A stretch of 62,319 nucleotides of DNA, filler included, from Choristocarpus tenellus KU-1152 (lineage: Eukaryota; Protista; Phaeophyceae), in assembly GCA_964200185.2 (NCBI GenBank). It is 10 parts of 10 records of this genome, joined end to end, with 100 filler letters (N's around TTAATTAATTAA, not from the genome) between each part and the next. Parts side by side here need not be neighbours in the genome. Positions count along the whole stretch, not along the records: positions 11,291 to 13,993 come from CAXNAD020025486.1; positions 14,094 to 17,275 come from CAXNAD020021732.1; positions 17,376 to 36,621 come from CAXNAD020000483.1; 7 more parts are not named here. One strand, given 5' to 3'. The notes under the pieces are model-generated. The model saw only the letters and a list, made by a program, of their open reading frames with translations. It ran no database searches and had not been told where the DNA came from. Each line of letters begins with the position of its first letter. The stretch's first letter is position 1. Both the position numbers and the translations under genes were made by a program. Below are positions 11,359-24,122 of this stretch, one piece after another.

Positions 11359-13661
11359 ACCGCCTGAAAGAGTTCGCCTTCCGCAATACCCCAAAGCTCG
11401 CCATAGTGTCCATTGCCGCCGAGCCAAGACTCCTCAACGACGAAGAGGCGGCCAACACACACTTGCGCCAGGTGCTTAAGTGCTTGCAGGTGAAGATACA
11501 TCCTCATGGCACCATCGCGCTCATTGCGCCCCACCCGTGGGCCGCACAATTACACCGCCTAGTAGGTGAGTTGCAGAGTTCACCAGCGCTGGAATACGGG
11601 GTATATTGCGGGAGACTATTGCAATCCGCCATGGCCGTTATCAGTCCGTCCGTGTGCCCATCAAATATTGTGCGGCCGTTCAGGAGATTCGGATTATGTC
11701 GTGTATCTTTCTTTTTCACTTTCCCCATGTTGTTTCATGTTCTTCGTACCTTCTATTTCCTTTTGCGTCTCTTGCTCTTTCCCCCAGGTCCTTCGTAGTT
11801 CTTTGTTTCATTGTACACGAATCGCATGCTGGTGTTACTTGTCTTCACTACATTATTTTTGCCGTCTTTATTTCTATTACAGAATTTCCTATTGTTTGCA
11901 TTTGTTACTTGCCTTGCGTTCCACACTCATAGTACTATTGTAATGTTAGTGATATGAGATTTCATGAATCCCTACGATAACTACTTGTGTAATGTCACTG
12001 TCAAGTTTGACGCATGCCGGACCCACGCGCTCGCTCCCGCCTTCTCTTCATTCAGGGGCTCTTATGGCGTCGAAGATGGGCTTGGTTGTGGAGGATCATC
12101 CCCTAACCCTATTATACAAGACGAGGGGGGGGGGGCGCCCTCAGTCAGGCACTGATAATGAGTAAAAGTATCTTAGAGGGCAGAGTAGCGTCCATTTGGA
12201 GGTCAAAATCCAATGTTGCAATTTTGATGTGATTTTGGCTATCGTGTTTGTTTGGAGATGTCAATATCCTGTTTCGGACAGTCCTTTTCATAACGTATAC
12301 ATTTTAGCTACTCCAAAACTGTTTTGGAGTAGCTAAAATGTCATTAAAAACCCATGGGAAGCCAAGCCCCAAATGGACAAACAGGGAAACTCTAGTACCC
12401 TCTAAGATACTTTCACTCAATCATCTCAGGTGTTGTCAGGACATGATTCTTCTCGTGCATAACGATGGGACAGAGTTCACATGCAACAAACGAGTAACCG
12501 TCTACAACATCTTTGGCCACGGGAGTGATGCATCTCTTCCGGTACTCCAAACCATGTGTGATGTCGAGTACCAAGGTGCTGCAACGGACATCCCCATGAG
12601 GGCCCTCCACTTCTTCGTTAACAGGTTCGTTAATAACGTCACACACACCCTTCTTCACAGGAGCAGCGACTTTTTTGTATAGGTGTAGGAGATCGTTAAA
12701 CAGTAACACAACGAGCTAGGTGACGGTTCAGGGGCGTCAAACCATACCACGAGTGTGTTTCCCTGAATCAGTACGTTAAGTGTCAAACCGCACCAAGAGT
12801 GTGTTGCCCTGTATCGGTACGTTACTCATACATTGCCATGTGATGAATCCGTGCGTAATACAATGCACTCCTCGGGATAATTGACGAACTTCCCTCCTAT
12901 GATAGGTACACGAATGCTGGGGACACCGTCATCTCCTTCAGCGCAGAGAGGCACAACGTGGTGGAGGAGGCCCTTGAACGGAGTAGGAGGGTGGAGGTGT
13001 TCGGGTCCAACGCGGCGTCAAAGGACGAGGTGAAAGAGAAGATGGACAACTCCTTCGGCCAAGCCTACAAGGACGGCAAGTGGAAGGTAGGAAGGGTGTG
13101 CTGGCTTTTTTTCCATTGCTTTCCAACTTTGTTGTCTGTTTTGGTTCCCTATGGATAGGTCTTGGGTGTGCGATTGTTGTAGTGATGTTTCCTTGTCGAT
13201 GTTTACACGTTGCTAACGCGGTGCACGCGGTTACCCACACCACCGCTGGTAATCGCGAGACCCCAAGACCTTTTGTGTGAGCGTCGGTACGTCGTAATGT
13301 CCTCCTTCCCCACACAAACAAAACCAAACGTGCTGCGGTACACCACAACATCTTTAATCAATGCCGGAATAACCCCTACGTACGTGACGAAACCTTATCA
13401 CATGGCTAACCCACTTCAATGCCACATGGTTGGGCTGTCACATGTGCGCTCATGATGTTGCAGGTATCCACGTCTCTCGTTCAAGAACGCGTGATAGGCC
13501 CTTCCTGCCTGCTGGAAGCCTTGGGGCAGACCCTCGTCCCAACGGAGACGCAGCGATGTTTTGCTGAGGCCGTCAATCCTCAGGGAAAGGCAATGGGACG
13601 CAATGAGGCGACCATTTTCGTTGCGAAGACGGTGGCGACGGACTTCGGCTACCAGATCGAG
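11359..13661 (+). CDS. Hypothetical protein, four phase-consistent internal exons
   Basis: Exons 11359-11489, 12440-12624, 12942-13086 and 13464-13661, all AG/GT bounded, give an uninterrupted ~220-aa frame (RLKEFAFRNTPKLAIVSIAAEPRLL...VATDFGYQIE). Confidence 0.75.
12160..12418 (-). mobile_element. MITE family A (intronic)
   Basis: TIRs GAGTAAAAGTATCTTAGAGGG / CCCTCTAAGATACTTTCACTC; TSD AAT. Confidence 0.93.
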
Positions 13662-13933
13662 GTGAATGTGGTATAGAATGCACTAAGTTACATATTTTGT
13701 GAAGAACGAACGGCAGAGTCAAGCTCTTGGCACGCAGAATAAACTTCTTTTTTTTCCTGAGTCCTAACCTATCTAATGCGGCACCCAAATACGTCAAATA
13801 GAAAACTATGGGCCTTGCGGGTAAGTATTGGATCTGTAGTGTGTTCAACGTTTGCCACAATAAGGTTGTCATTTTTGCACCACCTTCGGATGAGATTACC
13901 TCCAAATCACGAACATTCATGAATCACCGAACT

Positions 13934-13969
<36 letters not shown>

Positions 13970-16069
13970 ACCCCCCCCCCCCCCTTTTTTTCCNNNNNNN
14001 NNNNNNNNNNNNNNNNNNNNNNNNNNNNNNNNNNNNNTTAATTAATTAANNNNNNNNNNNNNNNNNNNNNNNNNNNNNNNNNNNNNNNNNNNNCAGAAAT
14101 ATCTTTTTGGAGGCATGCGGGGGCTTTGCTAAATTTAGACTATGTTTACTGGTTTGTTTCTTGCTGAATTTGAGTGTGTTTGTTTGGATTTATTTATTTT
14201 CAGTGATTTCAATAGCTGATTGGTTTCTTGTCATACAGGATTGACTTGAGGAGTTTCGTTGGATCCATAATTGTTTTCTTGTAAGTTCTCAAGAGTTGTT
14301 TAAGCTAGGGAGGATGTTCGATTAGACTCTTCCAACTCTATCGGACAGTTACGTGGACAGTTACAGAGTAACGAAACAATCAATTAGTGGTTGAGTTATC
14401 AGAACCTTTTACTAGTGATTAGTTGAAGGAGAATCTTTCAACTATAAAAGGAAATATTTCTGATATTATTGGGACTTGCATGCCCCACCTAAATTNNNNN
14501 NNNNNCAGACACCAAGCAATCTCGCCGGGTTTATCACCTTTACCCTCTTTGATGATTTTGGGGATACTTTAACAACTTTTCCCAGTTTCTGTTGTTTGCA
14601 ATAATGAGCAGTAATCTGATGCTCTCAATTCTACGGACCGGACTGTATGTCACCGAGTAATCAGTTCCTGGCACTTGACTATACCCCTGAGCTACCCACC
14701 TAGCCTTGTAACTGCCATCAGACTTCTTTCTAAAATTCCATCTCGAGGAAATAATATTTTGATTTGGGGGTTCCTGAACTAAAAACAAATTCCTGTTGTT
14801 TCGTATTTCTCATCTCATTCTGCATTGCTTCCAACCATTCTTTTCTTTGGGGAGAGGTTAATACATCATTATAAGTCGAAGGGCAATCCGAGATATCAGA
14901 GTTTACCTTTCCATTATCTCTAAGTCAGTAAATTGAGATCATTAGATAGAAACGATTGGTCTGTAGAATTAATGTCAGTAGAGTGACATTTCCTTTCGAT
15001 CCAGGAAGTGGTCCACCTGATTTTACCATATCTATGGTTGGACTATTCTCACTAACAGCCCATGCTGAACCCAGTCCAGGTTTATTATAGTCTATCAACC
15101 TTGTAAGCATCCTAGGTTTGACAGCACTATTTCCAGCAGTTGCACTTAAATTTGTATAGTTGTCAACAAATGAGTAATTTTCGTCTTCATCTCCGCTAGA
15201 AGAGACTTCATTTTGAGAGTTTTGTGGTCTGGTTACACTTTCTCTTCTCATGTTATTACTCTCAGTATCTATTAGTTCTCTCAACAATACGTTAACTGAA
15301 CAAATTGGATGGCCATCCTTCTCATCTTCTCCATGCTCCGACATGAAGGCTGTGCGACTTAAGTCTAACTGAGGTAATAATGTCGCTTTTAGTTTAAGCT
15401 CGCTGAAGCTCACACTCCTCCTGGATGATAATACGGTGCCAGTCTTTGGTCTCCATATTCAGTAAGAGATAGATCCATCATATCCAACTAACCTTCCTGT
15501 CCATGCCAGGGATTCTAATTTAGATATATAAACTTCAGTGTGAACAAACGCTTCTGTGCCAAACTGACGTAGGTTGGGGAGGTTTACAGCAACGCCATTC
15601 CAAACATAATAAGGTGTCCGACCATTCAGAAATGTGGAGGGGGATCTATTCTTCAGATTTACAGCTGTACTCAGAGCTTCTGACCATAACTTCTTCGGCA
15701 ACGTCTTATCTGCCAAAAAACACCTCACTACATCCAATAAAACACGCCACTCTCTTCCCATACCGCCATTCTGGTGGAGAGAATATGGAGAGGCGAATTC
15801 CTGCTTGATTTTTTTTCCTTAAACTCACTTCTCGGAGCGTAGATCCAATGAATTTACCTCCATTGTCACTGCACAGTCGTCCAATCTTCACTCTGAATGG
15901 GTTGCAACATCAGTGATGAAGTGTTTTAACACGTTTGCTGCTTCGTTCTTTCTCGTTAGAAAGTAGATTGTCTTTAGTCTTGATAGTTGGTCGGTAAATT
16001 CGCAGACATAGACTTTTGTCGGTATGAACATGGTGTAAATGGACCAGCAAGATCGGCGTAAACAACTTC

Positions 16070-16320
16070 CGTTACAGGCGCCCCTCAGAAGCTCACCTCC
16101 ACAGGATGTATAGCTCCAATCCACGGTCTTATAAGATGATACTGATGTAGGTATGGGACTCCTGATGCACAAGTCGTCAAGTATGCTGGATCTCTCACTT
16201 GGATTATCATAAAAATCATGGTATAAAAAGGGACTGATCAACAATGTCTATCACAATCGGGGATCATAATGACCAGATAATAAATAAATAATCAAGAAGT
16301 ACAAATATATCAAATCTCGA
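16070..16320 (+). mobile_element. Solo LTR nested in the Copia integrase
   Basis: 5-bp TSD ACTTC (16065-69 / 16321-25); contains TATAAAAA and AATAAA; removing it restores IEVVYADLAGPF; its 5' end matches 62277-62319. Confidence 0.8.
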
Positions 16321-16611
16321 ACTTCAATGTCATAATGGTGTTTATGAATCCGCCATCAAGACATATCGCCGGTGACACTTCTACTCCCCTTACTTTTATT
16401 CACCTTGCAGATCTTACAGTCAATAGAGGAGACTATTGAGTGAAAAGAAACACCAGATTCTCGATCTTTCAGTAATAATTTCATATCTGCAAGGTTAATG
16501 TGACCAAGTCTCGTATGCCATTACATGATTAAATCATCTTGTGAGTCAGCAGCAGATTCCACCTCCATTGCTGCAAGCCCTCTCTCCTCCCTAGCTACGT
16601 TATGTAGCTTT

Positions 16612-16869
16612 GAGTGAAAGTATCTTAGAGGGTACGAGTTTTTTCCTGTTTGTCCATTTGGGGCTTGGCTTCCCACAGGTTTTGTATGACATTTTACCAA
16701 CTCCAAAATGTTTTGGAGTAGGTAAATGTATACCGTATGAAAAGGTGTGTCCGAAACAAGGATATTAACATCTCTTAACAAACACGATAGCCAAAATTAC
16801 ATCAAAATTGCAACATTGGATTTTGACCCCCAAATGGACGCGGCTCTACCCTCTCAGGTACTTTGACTC
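16612..16869 (+). mobile_element. MITE family A, inserted in the Copia relic
   Basis: TIRs GAGTGAAAGTATCTTAGAGGG / CCCTCTCAGGTACTTTGACTC; TSD TTT. Confidence 0.93.
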
Positions 16870-17210
16870 TTTAACTGGATTGAACTCACTCCATTTTGAG
16901 TACCAGGCAGAATGGTCTTCCCCACATCAGTGTGATACATGTACGGGGTTTTGGAGAAAAACTGTCTCACGTCCCAGACTTCCTGAAACAATGGGGGAGA
17001 AAAGGTTCTGGCCTAGGGGGTATCAATAACACTCTCAACTTCAAGGCAATCGCCAATCATTGATCAGAACAAACTTGACCAGTCATAGTGGCAGATGTTA
17101 TACAAACCAACTTGAAATTCCGAGCAGTAGTAATTTGCAAAGGTCTTTCAAGTACTTCAACTTTTTTGAAGAATAAAAGTGAATTTTCGAAAGTGATAGG
17201 ATCCACCATG

Positions 17211-17275
17211 TAACAGGGATTTCTCAAAATTGAGGATGGTGCAGGACTATGAGGATGGTTGTTTTGCGAAAACGG
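17211..17275. repeat. Dispersed repeat end (second copy 53681-53775), both running into gaps
   Basis: TAACAGGGATTTCTCAAAATTG.GGATGGTGCAGGACT..GAGGATGGTTGTTTTGCGAAAACGG is near-identical at both sites. Confidence 0.8.
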
Positions 17276-17867
17276 NNNNNNNNNNNNNNNNNNNNNNNNN
17301 NNNNNNNNNNNNNNNNNNNTTAATTAATTAANNNNNNNNNNNNNNNNNNNNNNNNNNNNNNNNNNNNNNNNNNNNTATACAACATAGGTTATACGTACGT
17401 TTATATTTGGTTAGGTATGATACAGAATACGTACGTATATAAAATATAATAAGTCAACATTAATCCACACGTCAGTGATAATGGATGGTTGACAGGCAAT
17501 TCATAATTTAGTGTGTGTTTTACCATATAGTTCAACAGCTAGCTTCCGGCGACGAACCTTAGATGTGCCAAGCTTCTCAACAACGCAAGGTATTTGACAT
17601 ATTTTATATTTGTCTATTTTACATACTATATCGGGACACTTGGTGTGTGCCAGGGCGCAGTGGGGGCGGCGATAATGTTGCTGCCTGGCGTTGGCCTATG
17701 CCTTTTCAAAGACCTGGTTCTGGGGAAGCCCTTGCAGCCCTTTTGTGTCTGTTACCTGGCCTGTGAAGTGACAGGAAGGTCAGAGTATGTGGGTGAGGTC
17801 AAGGAGGAGGAGAGGAAGATGGAGGAGTGAGCAACAGAAGGGGTCCCCTGGCGAGAGATGTGCTCCA

Positions 17868-17907
17868 TATATATATATATATAAAGAGAGAGAGAGAGAG
17901 AGAGAGA
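17868..17907. repeat. (TA)n(GA)n compound microsatellite
   Basis: Seen directly. Confidence 0.9.
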
Positions 17908-18491
17908 CCAAAATGGACATACACTCCCGAGTATTCTGTAGTGAAACAGGAGGGAATGGATTATAATTTATGACTCGTACTTGAAACTGATGTTAGCTGT
18001 CCATGTAGGTATGGTTCAGGTACTTGTTGAAGAAAAGATGCTAATGTTTTATATTAAATAGTTAGAAGGTGTTTTGATTATCTGTATCCTACTATTCTAA
18101 CTGTAGCATTCCTATGCATACAGTTCTTGTTTCTGTACCTCCAAACATTCTAGGATGCCCTGGGCCAAAAGGTCGGTACGAAGTAAGCTCAATGTCACTA
18201 TATAAACATTCTGGCTCTCAGAAGTATTGATGTCGACATCATCATGCATCTACTTGCTCTCTGTAAATTGGAAGTTTGCTCCAAAACGCTACAAGTCAGA
18301 GAATATATGGGCTAACCCCCGTGGAAGGGTGTACTTGTGGGCTAACCCGGTGGGATAAAAAAAATGTATGAAACCAAAGTGAAGGATATAGTGGGTGTGT
18401 AGACTAGTTGTATACCCCCTAGTCCCACCTGTGCTCTGTGATGTGATATGATGGCGAAGGAGGTATTGTACTGCGTGTCCGAGGTACAATT

Positions 18492-18744
18492 CAGTGAAAG
18501 TATCTTAGAGGGTGCGAGTTTTCCCCTGTTCGTCCGTTTGGGGCTTGGCTTCCCGTGGTTTCTTTCTGACATTTTCCTACTCAAAATGTTTCGGAGTAGG
18601 TAAAATGTATACATTATGCAAAGGTGTGTCCGGAACAAGGATATTGATTCTTCCTAACAAAAACATCCAAAATATATTAAAATTGCAACATTGGATTTTG
18701 GCCCCCAAACGGACGTGGTTCTACCCTCTAAGATACTCTGACTC
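18492..18744 (+). mobile_element. MITE family A
   Basis: TIRs CAGTGAAAGTATCTTAGAGGG / CCCTCTAAGATACTCTGACTC; TSD ATT. Confidence 0.92.
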
Positions 18745-19213
18745 ATTCTTCGTGGGCAAAAATACAGTACTAGGCTTACTAAGTACGATTTCTAGTCGTA
18801 GTCCTGACTGTTGAGCAATCTGATTCGTTTGCGTACTCTCAGATTGTCCCCTTCTGTAGTAGCCTTTGCAATATCAAGCATTCAACTACTATAGCCACAA
18901 TAGGAGGAGTATCATCATAGATGATGTTTGAAGGATGCATGTACCGACCTTTTGAAGTCACTCTGTGCACATGTAGTCCATAGCATATTGTTGACATCAT
19001 TATCTCAGAGAAAAATACTGACATATTTCTGATGTAGTGTTTGAGCATGCAATACAAAACCTCAGATTCACAAATGTGAATATTCCATACAACAAGTGAG
19101 GTAGACAGGTGTGCGCAGGAGTGGCATATATACATACATGCCCAGAGGAAAAATTGTAGTAGATTTTGGGTGGGTGCTGTAATGTACAAACATACACCAC
19201 TGCTTATCCAACT

Positions 19214-19472
19214 GAGTCAAAGTATCTTAGAGGGTAGACCCGCGTCCATTTGGGGACCAAAATCCATTGTTGCGATTCTGATGTAATTTTGGCTGTCGTG
19301 TTTGTTAGGAAGTGTCAATATCTTTGTTCCAGACCCACTTTCTCATAACATGTACATTTTACCTATTCCGAAATATTTTGGAGTAGGAAACGTCGTAAAA
19401 ACCCCAAGGGAAGTCAAGTACCAAATGGACAAAAACAGGGCAAAAGTAGTACCCTCTAAGATACTTTCACTC
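19214..19472 (-). mobile_element. MITE family A
   Basis: TIRs GAGTCAAAGTATCTTAGAGGG / CCCTCTAAGATACTTTCACTC; TSD imperfect (ACT / AAC). Confidence 0.9.
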
Positions 19473-20610
19473 AACTACCACAGTCAACACACCATGCAGA
19501 CCATGTGCATTTTCCAGCACAAGAGTTCCTCCCCAACGGTGGACCTCCCACCATCAACTGGCTCTTTCTCAGTAGGATGAAGCTCACATCACAGCAATGT
19601 ACGTACTTTATCATGTGTAATAGTTGGGTGTTGCAACAATAACAATGCGTCATCTATTTGTGTGTGTACCGTGTACAACAACTATTAAAGTCTCCTCTCA
19701 GAGTCAGAAAAAAACTGCTACTACAGCGTGATGATAACATCTAGGAGGCGAGTATGTTGTAGAGAAATAAGGGGCCCTACAAGCATCTTGTGGTTTTACT
19801 TGTATGTGTTTTGAGCAATCGCTATAGAAGGTGCTTTGAACTTAAAACACTAATATTGTTCTACGACCTCACCATTCATAGGGGGGTTAACTGCAATTGA
19901 GGCATGGGCATGGTGCATATTGCACGAGGTTTAAAAAGGCCATTATACACATATTATAATAAAATAAGGGATGACCACCTTGACACCCCCAGCCCTTTCC
20001 CTATTGTCATGTTGGTGAAATGGTCGCCACAGGCCTTCTTGTACAGGCATATCACTGGTCTGTGTTGTGGCAGCAGAGAAACTTGTCATCAGACCAAGCA
20101 GCAAGGTGCATGTCCAAACATGCCCCTAAGCGCGTGATTGATCCCCCAGAATATAATCGAAATCGGCGAGAAAGGAGGTACCATTTGATCGTGGAGAGAA
20201 CGCTCGATGTCTCTCTATTTGCGAAAATAAAAGGACATCTGGTCCTTTCTGTCTCTGAACTGCGTTGGTCCAATGGTAGAGAGGTGTACTATGGTGTTAC
20301 TAGAACAACTTGTACACGATATATTTTTATCATATATTATCACTACTACTACTACTACAACTACAATTACGGTATGGAATTAGATATTTATAAAAAACCG
20401 AAGAATATCACCTTATTATATATTTTTATTTTCCTCAGTCTGCAAACGCCCCCTCCCTACCGTTCCTTTGTGAGGTAGACAACAGTGTACAAACTTCAAA
20501 GTTCGAGGAAGTGGCTCACAAGTTTACATAGAGGAGTAACGAGGGAGGCTACGTGAAAACATTGACCGATCAGAATTCGTAATATTGAGTACATCGAAGT
20601 GTTTGGAAGA

Positions 20611-23600
20611 ATGTGCAAGCTTCAATGTGTGACGGTTGCTCTGGCATGTTTGTCCACCGCCAATTTATTCACCCCTGTTGTGGGATTTGGGACAGGAGGA
20701 TGGCGTGTTCCCGCAAATACGGTGCGTAACTTTAAGAAAAGGACATAGTTAGGGCTGCAGTGTTCCACGCTAGCTTTGACCCTTCAGTGCGGTTGACTTA
20801 GTCATATGGTCGAATGTCGTCATCTTCAATTTGGAAAACATGAGCGGGTGGGAGCGCCTTTCCATCCCGAGCACACACCAAGCATCATATAATGGAATGA
20901 ACTCCGGATTTCCTCCAGAGGGGTTGGCCCCCATGAAATCTAAATATCCCCTTTGAGATCATATTTGGTTGCCCCATACAATACACTCTACATGCTCCTA
21001 TCATGAGCATTGCAACATTGGTATTCGTGATTCCTGTTTTGGACCTCACCCCACTGTAGTTTATATAATGCGCGACTTCATCCTTGACTCTAATTGGCTC
21101 TCCCACATATTCTTCTGGCTTGTCGCATATTAGGTGCGCACATCTAAATTGGCCCAGCAGAGCTCGACAACAATGTCGATGGAGCCATCATTGTCATCAT
21201 TGGCAGCATTGGACATGGAGGTGAATTCATATACGATGCTTAGGGACTCTCTCCCTATAGTAGCTCTCACACTTCAAAACGTCGCGTTGATCCCTATGAG
21301 CGCTCCTGCTCACCAATAACCTTGATTCATATGGGTTTTGTTTTCCCCTGATGGTGTTTGGACAAACACCATGCGACATTTTTATGTGGTCTATTCATAT
21401 TGCTGACATTGCATCAATAATTAAACCCTCTCTCGAATTAATGTTTTTCTTTGGTTTGTCCTTGTCGCAGATGTTTGGAGGAGGGGCACCTGCACCAGCC
21501 ACAGATGTTCTCGCGGACCTGGAGGAGCTGGACTACGTGACGGGGGATGACCAATATCAGGCAGATCTCGAGCCACCCAAGATGTACCTTCACAAACTTG
21601 CCAAGGAGGCAGCCATACGCCGGTGGAGAAGGGATGAGTCTGACACTGGTTCGCCTGAAGTACAGATCGCAATCCTGACGGAACGTATCGTGTACCTTAC
21701 GAAGCACATGCAGGAACACCCGAAGGACTTCCACTCCCGACGGGGACTTGTAGCATTGGTTCAGAAGCGCCGCAAGTGAGTCTTTTTCTGCTGTTACCAA
21801 CCCCCCCCCCCCTTCCCATTGATCTGCTTGACAATGCACCTCTCTGTAGCTTTGTATACATGCCCCTATGTTTCTGTCGGTTTCTGTGATGCATGTTTGT
21901 GGACAGCAGATACCAGTAGGACATGAAAACACATGAGGATTCACTCTTTGGCGTATGTTTACTTTACTCTATAGATTCAGATATGTAACACTAGACTGGC
22001 TGCGAAAAAATGTCCACTGGATGGGGCTCTATAGCTTTTGAGGTGTTTTCCGTATTTTGTGGATGCAACGTATAAAGCAGCTGCTTGAGATGGCATATTT
22101 TTTTGTACGGGGCAAGACAAGGGTGATAAATAAAACAGCTAAATCACGTACAAACATGCCAATCTGAGTGGTTTATTCAGCTTTTATTGTTTCTACCAAT
22201 TTGATCAATGTTCATACTGAAGAATGAACTATGTTGTCACAATAATCCAATGCGCTAAAATGCTTCATTGTGAGATAGATGAACTGTAGTAATATTCCCT
22301 TGATGCCAGCTAAGCACAGTGTAAAAAAACTCCATTATTTGAAGCATATTTGTAGTCTCTTTCTGGTTGGTTATTCGTCCTGCAATAACGGTCTGTTGCT
22401 GTCAATTCCCCCTTTCAGCCTCCTTGACTTGCAAAAGTACCATCATAGTGTACAGTAGCACCTACATCCTGAATGTATTGTTGAAGTTGTTGATGTTAAA
22501 AGCACTTCATGTTCTGCCAAGATGATCGTGAATGGTGTTAGTTGGGCCTCTTTATTGTAGCAGTAGATATTGTGTGAATTCAACACCAAAATATACTTGA
22601 TGTGAACAAATCGATGAGCAAAGTCCAACTGAACCAGGATCTTTTTAGCATGTGGTATTGAGTTGCAGAGAGCTTTGAGGTACTAAGTGCGCCACATTTC
22701 ACTGTGTGTGATGGGACACCTAAGTGGTATTGGTGTATGTTCTTAAGTAGTCCTTTTTATAATATCCAAAATGCTATTTTTATATTTGTTTCATCAACCA
22801 GCAGTCCTATGCGATCAAACAAAAGAAGACAGGGTTAGGGTTAGGGTTACGTGCACTTCCCTGCACAGAACGAAAGCACAGCAAACTGTCAATGGTATAA
22901 TACCCTTTTTCATTTAGGGTAGAGTCTCTGTGGAGAATCCAGTTCATATTGTCAAATGACTTGCGCTGCTAGCATTCGGTATCGTTGGTCATGGATGAAG
23001 TTTATAATTGTGCCACTTCAATTCTCAACTGCCTTAATATAGCTCTAACACCAGTTTTATCTCGATAGGAATGGACTTTTGTCATGAAGCCTCATTATTT
23101 CTGCATTTAGAACCATCTACCGAACTGTTTTTTCCTAGGATTATAACATTCTTTTTGTTTTTCCAACAACCACCTTTCTGATCTGCTCATCTTATTGTGT
23201 CTGGCCTTGTATCTATCCCACTTGTGTATCCCCAGCAACCTCAATTTCTACTTCCGTCAGGAACCCCTTAAGTGTGTCACCATGTGCAAGACGCTTGGGA
23301 TCAGGTTCCGGCCTAAGACCCTCAAGGAGGGTCGTGAAGCAGTGAGTTAACTTAATGTGATTTACGTCCTTCTTCCATCGTATGCAGTCTGCATTGAGTG
23401 CACTTTGTGTAGTTTTTAAGAGATGGTTTAAAGTAACTTTTCCCTCTGTTGATGTGGCAAACATGTAAGTATCCTATGTAGGGATTGTATAACTTGAACT
23501 TGGGGTGTGACATACAGGTCCAATGCCTTGACTTTTTCTGTGATGTTGCAATTTTCCACTCTCAACATTGCTCTCGTCAGTAATTGTCTCTTCTTTGGAA

Positions 23601-24122
23601 TCATTCTTAAATAGAATGCAGATTTGTCCTCTATTTCTATAGCTTTTTCCGGTTGTTGCATGATAACTATGTGTGTCTAGACTCTAACATTTCTATTTGC
23701 AGACTCAGGTAGATTGGGTTTGGTGTGTCACATATTTTCTTTTTATATAAACTACAATATATTTAATATGCTACATGGATCTGTGCAAATTTATTTTATT
23801 GGGACAGCTGTACATATGTGGCCTATGTTTAAATTGACATGGTCCATTGTAATTTAAATTGTAATGCATTAAATTTACCAGAGAGAACCCTTCAAAATGA
23901 TCGTTGATTTGTGGCACATGTAATGATTGATGGTTCCTTTGCAGTACTGACCATTTGTAATGAACTTGGTACCTGATTATACAGCGGTACAAGTCATTCA
24001 AGAACACCAAGTCCAAGATCGGCACAGCCAAGCTTATCACAATCCAAACTAAGCAGAGGGAGGAGCGCCAGGCAGAACTTGCGGCAGAAAGACTTGCAAA
24101 GGAGCAGGCTGAATACAGTTGA
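20611..24122 (+). CDS. rps15: Nucleus-encoded, probably plastid-targeted 30S ribosomal protein S15 (uS15), 248 aa
   Basis: Exons 20611-20721, 21134-21220, 21471-21775, 23236-23341 and 23985-24122 splice in phase. The S15 core is [44 protein letters not shown]...LGIRF. A hydrophobic leader ends VVG|F and is followed by a Ser/Thr-rich stretch. Confidence 0.92.

Larger units (their letters stand above)
14506..17200 (-). mobile_element. Decayed Ty1/Copia retrotransposon pol (integrase then RT start)
   Basis: WHTRLGHIN...C.IC zinc-binding motif (~16520-16400), VYADLAGPF, LCSDNGGKF, LPKKLWSEALSTAVNLKNRSP and SSRWNFRKKSDGSYKARWVAQGYSQVPGTDYSVTYSPV; integrase-before-RT order; many stops and frameshifts. 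The upstream boundary is approximate. Confidence 0.92.

Noticed and set aside
11243-11549. Minus-strand ORFs as upstream exons of the HugZ-like gene
   Set aside because: They are across a spacer and are the antisense shadow of a plus-strand exon (11359-11489).
12338-19580. Similar short ORFs containing GKPSPKWTN/PSKILSLN or YPLRYF peptides as a small-protein family
   Set aside because: They are translations of MITE family A termini.
23213-23661. Minus-strand ORFs as a nested gene or retroelement
   Set aside because: They are antisense to rps15 exon 4 and adjacent intron sequence, with no recognisable motif.
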